DNA of 17,512 nucleotides from an uncultured Chloroflexia bacterium (GTDB lineage Bacteria > Chloroflexota > Anaerolineae > CG2-30-64-16), in contig CAWEMM010000004.1 in assembly GCA_963810095.1 (NCBI GenBank), positions 1 to 17,512 on the forward strand, written 5' to 3'. Within the stretch, counting starts at the first letter, position 1. Each line of letters starts with the position of its first letter. The notes below the pieces were generated by a model. The model saw nothing but the letters and a program-made list of their open reading frames with translations, had not been told where the DNA came from and made no database searches. A program made the position numbers and the translations under genes. This document shows positions 1 through 7,234 of this stretch, piece by piece.

Positions 1-112
1 GCTCCTGATCGACGTTGCTGGGGGATACGAGTGGGCAGTTGGTGTAGTAGAACTCGTTCCAGTCGACGTCAACTGAACGCATCGTCTTGCCCTTGATTAC
101 CATAGTACCCAT
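1..112 (-). CDS. 5' end of a DszB/SsuA-like periplasmic-binding-fold protein (runs off the window)
   Basis: Hand translation from ATG at 112: MGTMVIKGKTMRSVDVDWNEFYYTNCPLVSPSNVDQE..., open to the edge; AAGGAG RBS at 122-127, 9 nt upstream. YYTNCP resembles the YSNCP catalytic-Cys motif of DszB. Family call rests on ~37 residues only. Confidence 0.55.
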   Translation of the reverse strand, partial: MGTMVIKGKTMRSVDVDWNEFYYTNCPLVSPSNVDQE

Positions 113-254
113 AGTTTTCTACTCCTTTGTTTGAATTATCTGGGACAGGATGTGTTTACGACCCACTGGCGCAGCGGCTTTGGCTTTCAGTGTGGCGATA
201 CGGCTCCCTCCTCTTTTGGTGACAGCGCAAAGACCTCTTGGGCGAACGACCCAG

Positions 255-1942
255 TTAGCCGCCCGCAACGTTCGTGCGTGACAGCATGCCTCCCGAAACA
301 ACCCGGGCCTTGAACCCGTTTTGCAGGAGGATGCGAGTGGCGTAATACGCGCGCTGGCCGGAACGGCAGATCACATGGATCTCGCGGTCGCGCGGCAGCT
401 CGCGGAGGCGATCCCGAAGCGCCGGGAGCGGGATGTTCAACACGCCCGGCGCCTGCTCGACCGCAAGTTCGGCCGGGTAGCGTACATCGAGCAGCAGCGC
501 GCCGTCAGTTGAGTTCCAGTGGCTGAGCGGCATGTCGCCCGCCAGGACGTCCGCGGCGACCATGCCCGCAAAGTTCACCGGCGACTTAGCGCTGCCGAAC
601 TGCGGCGCGTAGCAGAGCTCGGCCTCTTCCAAGTCGTAGACGGTCGCACCCATCTGGATCGCCATCGCAAATGCGTCGATCCGCTTGTCCACCCCGTCCT
701 CGCCGACGGCCTGGGCGCCCAGTACCTTGCCGTCCGACTTGCGGAAGATCACCTTCATCGCGAGGTACTTGGCGCCGGGATAATACCCCGCGTGGGAGTT
801 GGGGTAGAGGTAGATCTTCTCGTAATCGGTGTCGCCGAGCCGCTGGAGCGTCTTCTCGCTGACGCCGGTCCACGCAGCCGCGGCCCCGAACAGCCCGATG
901 ATCGCGGTGCCTTGCGTGCCGCGGAAATGGGAGTCGCGGCCCGCGATCACGTCCGCCGCGATGCGCCCCTGGCGGTTGGCCGGCCCGGCCAGTGCCAACA
1001 GGCCCCACTCGCCGGTGAGACAGTCCTTGACCTCGACGGCATCGCCGACCGCGAAGATGTCGGGATCGCTGGTATGCATCTGGTCGTCGACGCGGATCCC
1101 ACCGCGCTGGCCGATCTCGAGCCCGGCCTGCTTCGCCAGCCAGTTCTCTGGGCGCACGCCGATGCCCAGCACCACCAAATCGGCGGGATAGACGCCACCT
1201 TCCTGTGTCAGGACTTCCAGTGAGCCCTGCGGTGTCTGCTGGAAGCCGCACACGTCTGCATTGAGCTCGAGGCGCAGGCCATGCTTGCCCGCCCAGCGCT
1301 CGACGTAGCGCGCCATCTCGCGGTCGAGCGGGGCGAGAACCTGGTCACCCCGCTGGAGCAGCGTCACCTGCAGCCCGAGGTGGACCAGGTTCTCGGCCAT
1401 CTCGAGGCCAATGAACCCGCCGCCGACCACGACCCGCGGTGTGCCGGCATCATCGTCTGATAGCCCGTGTAGGCGTCCAACCCGGAGGGAAGCGTCGTGT
1501 GTCCTTCAATCCACTCCCGGATCGCCTTCACGTCGGGCACGGTCCGGACGCGAAAGATCCCGGGCAAGTCGACGCCCGGCAGCGGCGGTGCGATGGGGGT
1601 TGCGCCGGGAGAAAGCACCAGCTTGTCGTACGACTCTGTGGTCATTTCCCCGGTCGCGAGGTCGCGCAATTGTACGGTCTTGCTCAGAGGCGAGATGCCG
1701 ATCACCTCGCAGCGCGTCCGCACGTCAATGCCGAACTGCTGGCGGAACGTGTCCGGCGTCGCGACCAGCAAGCTGGATTCGCGTGCGATCACGCCGCCAA
1801 CGTGGTAGGGTAGTCCGCAGTTGGCGTACGAAACGTACGGGCCGCGTTCCACCATGAGGATCTCAGCCTTCTCATCCAACCTGCGCAGCCGGGCGGCGCA
1901 CGACGCGCCGCCCGCAACTCCGCCAACGATGACTATTTTCAC
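255..1942 (-). CDS. CoA-disulfide reductase with C-terminal rhodanese domain (CoADR-RHD/Npsr-like), split by one frameshift near 1432-1437
   Basis: ORF 1364..1942 has GGVAGG FAD motif and SYANCGLPY redox Cys; ORF 255..1430 has GGGFIG NAD(P)H motif, IFAVGD, CYAPQF and rhodanese loop CRSGQR. Adding one base in CAC CGC GG GTC GTG GTC GGC joins them (HRxVVVGGGFIG). Confidence 0.92.
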
Positions 1943-1973
1943 CGGTCGTGCCTCGCATTCTTCGTGGAAAAAG

Positions 1974-2228
1974 CTAACTAAGGCGTTCCACGGACATCAC
2001 GACCAGATGCAGCTCGTACAGCGTGTTGAGCACGCCGGCAAGCGCGGCCTGGTCGGGCAGTGAGCCGCACAAACTCGTCAGGTGCGACCCCGTCTCGGAC
2101 GTCCACAGCGTGGTCGCCATTCCTTCCAGCCGGTCGCACCATTTCGGCGGGACGCGACCCTCCACGGTGATGCGATATGAGGCGGGCCAATCAAACCCAG
2201 AACGGCTCGTTGCAGGTGCATCTTTCAT
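1974..2228 (-). CDS. 84-aa conserved hypothetical protein (Y-x-I-x-V-x-G...W...DQAAL-x-G-x-L family, possibly ACT/ferredoxin-like fold)
   Basis: YRITVEG...W.D...G...T.L.G.LPDQAALAGVLNTLYELHL...SV pattern, which I recall from small genes beside MalT-like LuxR regulators; 31 bp upstream of the CoADR start, same strand. Confidence 0.8.
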   Translation of the reverse strand: MKDAPATSRSGFDWPASYRITVEGRVPPKWCDRLEGMATTLWTSETGSHLTSLCGSLPDQAALAGVLNTLYELHLVVMSVERLS

Positions 2229-2234
2229 GGTGTT

Positions 2235-2290
2235 AGCGTAACCCCACTGATCTACAAGCGATAGGCACCAAAAGTGCTAGTTAGGGAGTA
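2235..2290 (-). promoter_or_regulatory. Putative activator-dependent promoter, copy A: 33-bp motif (2258-2290) + 17 bp + -10 TACGCT (2235-2240), likely leaderless
   Basis: Minus strand TACTCCCTAACTAGCACTTTTGGTGCCTATCGC-N17-TACGCT-N6-ATG; 25/33 identical to 4347-4379; no SD before the ATG. Confidence 0.6.
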
Positions 2291-2368
2291 CAGGAGCTCA
2301 CGGCCGGCATGCAGGGTGCCGCTTCCGTTTGGCCCGCGGCTCGCTGGACAGGCGCCAGGCAAGGCATC

Positions 2369-4276
2369 TCACAAGTAGATAACTGCGACCGCAGCGATCA
2401 GGCCAACGTACATCAGCGGATACAGCCAATCGAGGATGTTGTCGATCCGGGCAACACGTTCGGCCTTGTCCTGACCTTCCAGCCGCTTCATGAGGACGTT
2501 GTAGAGCAGCACCAGCACGTTCACCGCAAGCGTTACGGACATCAGGGCGCCTACGAACGTGACATAGCCAAGGCGCGGAAAGTCGCCAGCTAGGCTGAAA
2601 CTGAACGCAATGAACAACAGGATGTTGCCAGCAGCGGCCTCGATCCGCCGGCTGTAGTCGCGGAGGAAGAACGTGAACCACGAGATCAGGATGATCAGGG
2701 TGATCGGCAGAAACACGTGAAGGATGTAGTAGTTCAGGTGGCGGGGCGCACTAAAACTGAAGGTCATGCGCGAGGTCGGGCTCTCTACCCCGCTCGGCTG
2801 CGTCGTGCTCGTGGTCGCGGTGAAATCGGAAATGATGAACTCATCTTCCCCGTGCGCCGGATCGACTTCGCTGTAGCCAGTCAGGTCCACCATCCTGTAT
2901 GCGGAAGTCGGGTAGACCAGGTCCAGGTAGATCGGGAACGTCTGCGTGTCGAAGGGGAACTGGCGGAAATCGAAGTCAGCCTGGAACGTCGTGTTGAAGC
3001 TCTCTATGTAGCGGGTTCTGCCGTCAGGCCACACCGCGGCCGTCCGGCTCTGAATCCAGCGATTCCCTAGCTGGTTGAAGAAGGTGAACGCCGGCCAGCG
3101 GCTCTTTGCTTCGGACACGAGCTTGTCGATATCCTTGTCGCTGTACACCTTCACGGAGCAGTTGCAGGTGTCCGGGCTATAGGCCAGGTCGGGATCGACC
3201 CAGTCCATGCGGAGGCTGGCGAGCACCGTGAACTTCTCGTTCGGCGAGTCTACCTCGCTGATCCGGAGGATCTTGAGCCCGGTCTGCACGTCGATTGCGG
3301 CGTCCAGAACCTTTCCGCCTTGCGGCTGCGCTTGCCCGGTGAGGACATCCGGTGCATTCAACCCGACGAGCACGCGGTATCCGCCCTCGGTCTTCGCCCC
3401 ATCGGAAGATGGGGCTGCCTGCACTTCGAGCCAGTAGTGCTCGGCCTCCGCGGTCACACCATACTCAATCCGGGCGCTGGCATCTGTGCCGCTCTCGTTC
3501 GCCACTTCCAGCGGCTTGCCGCCGTAGTTGCGCAGGGTGAGGACGGGCTTGAGGTTGCCGGAAGTAGCTTCCACGTATGCGGTCAGCGTGTCGCCGGGGC
3601 TCATCAGGACGAGCGGCAACTTGGCCATGGGACCGGCTGCGGTTAACGTGCCGGTGGTCTCCTCGACAGACACCGGTATGCCGGCAGCGAAAGGAATCCG
3701 CTCTGCGACCGGAGCGCCGGTGGCTTGCGTGTCGGGACCCAGCGCCTCCGGTGCGTCGAGCCCAAGCAGCAAGGTGTATTCGCCCGATGTGGCCCGGCCG
3801 AGCATCGAGAGCGCGCCGCTAGCGATGAGCATGTAGTCGCCGGCTTTGGGCACGGTGTAGCTCAGGGCCGACGCGTAGCTGCCATCCGTGTCGTCGTTGT
3901 AGGCGAGGAAGTACTTGCTCCGAACCTGGTCTACGGTTGAAGACAGGGCGGAGCCACCGGCCAACGCGGCCTGAAGATCCGCTTGATAGGCAGGGATGAC
4001 CTGCTCCAACGGCGGCGTGATGTTCATCACGGCGGTCGCGGGATCGAGATCGCCTGAGGTCCTCCGCATGAGCACCGTCAACCTGCTCCCTTGGCGTAGA
4101 TTCTTCAGAAGGTATGCGTCAATTTCGCCGGGCTGAATTCGCGCTGTGATCCGCTGAGTTCTTGCGTCCACGGCTGGAGACGCGCCTTGGGCAGCGGCGA
4201 GAGGGGCCTGAACCAGGATGAGTGCCAACAGGAGCGGTACGACGCAGAGACACAAAGCAATGAGCGGCCGCTTCAA
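2369..4276 (-). CDS. Pentameric ligand-gated ion channel (Pro-loop) with signal peptide and two N-terminal PPC/jelly-roll-like domains; DeCLIC-like
   Basis: W-x-D-x-x-L (WVDPDL), WP-x-F-x-F-x-N, PDG, FDFRQFPFDTQ Pro-loop, pre-M1 R-x-x-x-YY, M1 Pro (VFLP), M2-M3 PRLGY, four hydrophobic C-terminal helices; TTG start with AGGAGG RBS; hydrophobic leader ending AAA-Q. Confidence 0.93.
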   Translation of the reverse strand: MKRPLIALCLCVVPLLLALILVQAPLAAAQGASPAVDARTQRITARIQPGEIDAYLLKNLRQGSRLTVLMRRTSGDLDPATAVMNITPPLEQVIPAYQADLQAALAGGSALSSTVDQVRSKYFLAYNDDTDGSYASALSYTVPKAGDYMLIASGALSMLGRATSGEYTLLLGLDAPEALGPDTQATGAPVAERIPFAAGIPVSVEETTGTLTAAGPMAKLPLVLMSPGDTLTAYVEATSGNLKPVLTLRNYGGKPLEVANESGTDASARIEYGVTAEAEHYWLEVQAAPSSDGAKTEGGYRVLVGLNAPDVLTGQAQPQGGKVLDAAIDVQTGLKILRISEVDSPNEKFTVLASLRMDWVDPDLAYSPDTCNCSVKVYSDKDIDKLVSEAKSRWPAFTFFNQLGNRWIQSRTAAVWPDGRTRYIESFNTTFQADFDFRQFPFDTQTFPIYLDLVYPTSAYRMVDLTGYSEVDPAHGEDEFIISDFTATTSTTQPSGVESPTSRMTFSFSAPRHLNYYILHVFLPITLIILISWFTFFLRDYSRRIEAAAGNILLFIAFSFSLAGDFPRLGYVTFVGALMSVTLAVNVLVLLYNVLMKRLEGQDKAERVARIDNILDWLYPLMYVGLIAAVAVIYL

Positions 4277-4323
4277 GAGACCCTCCTGTCAGGAAACCCG
4301 GGGGCGGTAGGTCGACGTATCGA

Positions 4324-4379
4324 AGGTTAGCGCCAATCGCGCGGCGGCGATACGCGCCAAAAGAGTCAATAAGGGTGTA
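4324..4379 (-). promoter_or_regulatory. Putative activator-dependent promoter, copy B: 33-bp motif (4347-4379) + 17 bp + -10 TAACCT (4324-4329)
   Basis: Minus strand TACACCCTTATTGACTCTTTTGGCGCGTATCGC-N17-TAACCT, upstream of the channel gene; same geometry as copy A. Confidence 0.6.
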
Positions 4380-4405
4380 GGAGAAGAGACCTGGGACGGA
4401 AAGGC

Positions 4406-7180
4406 CTAGGCTGGAGGAAGTATCTTGAGGGATTCGGCCCTCACCACAGCGTCCCGGCGATTGTCAACGTCGAGCTTGCGGTAGATGTTCGAGGAGTGCC
4501 GCTTGGCCGTCATCACGGAAAGGTTCAGACGCTGTGCAATCTCCTTGTTGCTAAGTCGCTCGCGGAGGAGCGTCAGGACTTCCAGCTCGCGTCCCGTAAG
4601 GGGTTCGGCCAGGCCGGCGTTCGCCGCGCGGGCGCTTGTTCCGGCGCCGGGCTCTGGCCCGACCCCGGGCTGTGAAAACGCGGCCAGGATCCGGCGAACG
4701 GTATCCACCGCATACCCGCGACTGGCGAGTCGAAGCAGTAGGGTCTCCATCGGCGAGCCGAGATCGACAAACGGGCGGATGAAGCCGCCCCGTCGCGCAA
4801 TATCGACCGCTTGCTGCAAGGCCGCGACCGCGTCAAGCGAGTGGCCTTGCAGCTCCAGGGCTATTGCGAGCACCGCCAGGATCTCGAGCTGAAAGTGGAA
4901 GTCGCAGGTGCGCTTGCCGATCTCGAGCAGCGCGTGGAGGATGTCCAGCGCCGTTTCCACGTCCCCCGGGCGGGCCCTGGCCAGGAAGATCCTCGCCTTT
5001 GTGAGGTGCGGCTCTTCGGGCCAGTGGAGAGCTTGAGCCGTTGGCGGGGAGGTGAAGGTGTCCGTCCAGAGTGAGGCGCCGGCGAGGTCTCCGCGCATCA
5101 GCATCAGCCTGGCCGCGAGCGACCCGGTTCTTTCCGCCTCGGCGCTGCTCGTCTCCAGGTCAAACTGGCTGAGCAGATCCAGGGTCCGATCGGCCGCAGC
5201 AGGCTCGCCGCGCGCCTGCTCCGCGAGGGTCAAGCCGAAAAAGCTGTTCAAAGCGATCACCACCTGGGTGATATAGCGGCGGTGAACGACCACGTCGAAG
5301 TGCTCACGGGCAGCGTCGAATTCGCCCTGCTCGTAGTGAGCCATGCCGAGAAAATAGTCGCCCCAGCTGCGAGGAATCGGTAGCGTACTCGGGGTTTTCT
5401 GTAGCAGCATTTGGGCGACCCGGCGGACCTGTTCGAGTTGTCCTTCCCGGTGCAAGACGAAACAGGCGGATGACAGGAGGAGAGGTCCATAGCTGCCCGT
5501 GTCGCCGACCAGGACCGCATACTCGTCGAGCAGCAGGCGCACGGCGTCCTGGCCGTCACCGCTGGCTTGCATGGCCAGGCCGAGGTAGAACATGGCTGCG
5601 CCGCGCATAAAGTTCCAGGATGAGGGCAAGAGGGTCAGCGCCTCCCGGCACAACGCGGCCGCAAGTGGCGCGTCGCAGCGGAAAAACGCTGCCTGCGCAT
5701 TGAGGATCAGGAGCTGCCCGCGCACAACCTTCAACTCGTCCGCAGATAGGGTACTGTCCTGTGCGCCGGCAATGAGCGCTTCCACCTGGCGAATCACCTT
5801 CCATTCCGCGCTGACTTGCCAGGCGAACTGCAGGGCCCACACCCTGATCATCAGCAACTCCGGCCGGCGCTGAATGAACTCCTCCGGCAGCAGGCGCAGC
5901 CAACGGTCCAATGTCGGCCGGTCCTCCCGATTGAGGACATCGCCGAACCCCTGCCCCATGATCTTGCCCGCGTAATCGAGGTCGTTCGCAGCCAGCGCGT
6001 GCCGGATGCCTTCATCCAGCAGGCCTTGTTGTGTGAACCACGCTGCTGCTCGGCGATGGAGGTCGTTCACCGCCTCTGCACCGACTTCGGCCGCCAACCG
6101 CTGCTGCAACAACGCCCTGAACAGGTGGTGGTAGCGATACCACTCCCCACGATCGTCAAGCGAGACCACGAACAGGTTGGCGCGCCTGCTCCAGTCTACG
6201 CAGGCAGCCGCACTCCATTGCGGGTCCTCGCCCGCAAGCGCGCCGGTAACGGCCTGATATAACGGAGCGCAGAAGCGATCCAGGATGGAGGTGCGAAGCA
6301 GAAACGCCTGGATCGCCGGAGGCTGACGTGACACGACCTCGTCGACGAGGTAGTTGGTCACATCGGCATCCGGAGCGGGCATGCTTGCCAGAAGGCGCTC
6401 GAGATCCCCGCCCGCTTGCAGCGATAGGCATGCCAGATGGAGGCCTGCTGCCCAACCTTCGCTATGCTGCTCAAGGGATGCCACGACGGACTCGCTGAGG
6501 GGGCTTGACAACATCCGGGCCGCATACGCGGCTGTCTCGTCCGGGGTGAAGCGGAGGTCGCGACCGCGGATCTCGCCGAGCCGCCCACCTGCCCGCAAAC
6601 TCGCCAGTGGCAGCGGCGGACTGATGCGCGAGATCAACACCAGGTGCATCGACGGCGGCCAGTGGCGGATCAGGGTATTGAGAAAGTCGTGGACGGTTTC
6701 GCCTTGAATCCTGTGGTAGTCGTCCAGAACCAGGATGAAACGATGGGGCAGGAGCGCGATCTCGTTATTGATCGTGGTGAAGAGCACATCTGCGGGCGGC
6801 TGGTGAGGTGCCACGAGCATTCCTGCCGATTCAGCGCACGATTCGGGAAAGATCGTCCGTATCGCGGTGACCAGGTATCGAAGGAAGATCACGAGGTCGC
6901 TATCGTCTTCGTCCAGCGACAGCCAGGCCGAAGGTAGCGGGGGGCACTGGCTGCTGGCCAGCGACCCGACCCAGCCACTAACCAGCGTCGTCTTCCCGAA
7001 GCCCGCCGGGCCGGTGACAAGGCTCAGCGGCCCAGCGAGCCCGTGATTCAGTGTGTCGATCAGGCGCGGGCGTTCGATCCGGTCGGCCGTTGTGGGCGGC
7101 CGGTGGAGTTTTGTGAGGAGGAGGGCGGATTGCTGCAGCGGCATGCGAGCGAATTGTAGCACCGCCTGTGTCATGGGCAA
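4406..7180 (-). CDS. MalT-like (LAL/STAND) ATP-dependent LuxR-family transcriptional regulator
   Basis: TKLHRP start, Walker A GPAGFGKTT, AWLSLD, Walker B LVLDDYH, DLRFT, EGW, WYRYHHLF, TPR-like middle, LuxR HTH LTGRELEVL...SNKEIA...KRH..NIY.KL. True start may be ATG 7174 or 7144. Confidence 0.95.
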   Translation of the reverse strand: MPMTQAVLQFARMPLQQSALLLTKLHRPPTTADRIERPRLIDTLNHGLAGPLSLVTGPAGFGKTTLVSGWVGSLASSQCPPLPSAWLSLDEDDSDLVIFLRYLVTAIRTIFPESCAESAGMLVAPHQPPADVLFTTINNEIALLPHRFILVLDDYHRIQGETVHDFLNTLIRHWPPSMHLVLISRISPPLPLASLRAGGRLGEIRGRDLRFTPDETAAYAARMLSSPLSESVVASLEQHSEGWAAGLHLACLSLQAGGDLERLLASMPAPDADVTNYLVDEVVSRQPPAIQAFLLRTSILDRFCAPLYQAVTGALAGEDPQWSAAACVDWSRRANLFVVSLDDRGEWYRYHHLFRALLQQRLAAEVGAEAVNDLHRRAAAWFTQQGLLDEGIRHALAANDLDYAGKIMGQGFGDVLNREDRPTLDRWLRLLPEEFIQRRPELLMIRVWALQFAWQVSAEWKVIRQVEALIAGAQDSTLSADELKVVRGQLLILNAQAAFFRCDAPLAAALCREALTLLPSSWNFMRGAAMFYLGLAMQASGDGQDAVRLLLDEYAVLVGDTGSYGPLLLSSACFVLHREGQLEQVRRVAQMLLQKTPSTLPIPRSWGDYFLGMAHYEQGEFDAAREHFDVVVHRRYITQVVIALNSFFGLTLAEQARGEPAAADRTLDLLSQFDLETSSAEAERTGSLAARLMLMRGDLAGASLWTDTFTSPPTAQALHWPEEPHLTKARIFLARARPGDVETALDILHALLEIGKRTCDFHFQLEILAVLAIALELQGHSLDAVAALQQAVDIARRGGFIRPFVDLGSPMETLLLRLASRGYAVDTVRRILAAFSQPGVGPEPGAGTSARAANAGLAEPLTGRELEVLTLLRERLSNKEIAQRLNLSVMTAKRHSSNIYRKLDVDNRRDAVVRAESLKILPPA

Positions 7181-7234
7181 GTGCGGGCGCTCGGCGTCAC
7201 AATTGGCGACTGGCCTTGGCCGGGAGCGCAGGGT

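Noticed and set aside
190-230. Third copy of the 33-bp motif upstream of the 1-112 gene
   Set aside because: Only GCGATAC and an oppositely oriented CTTTTGGTG match; no colinear alignment or matching -10.
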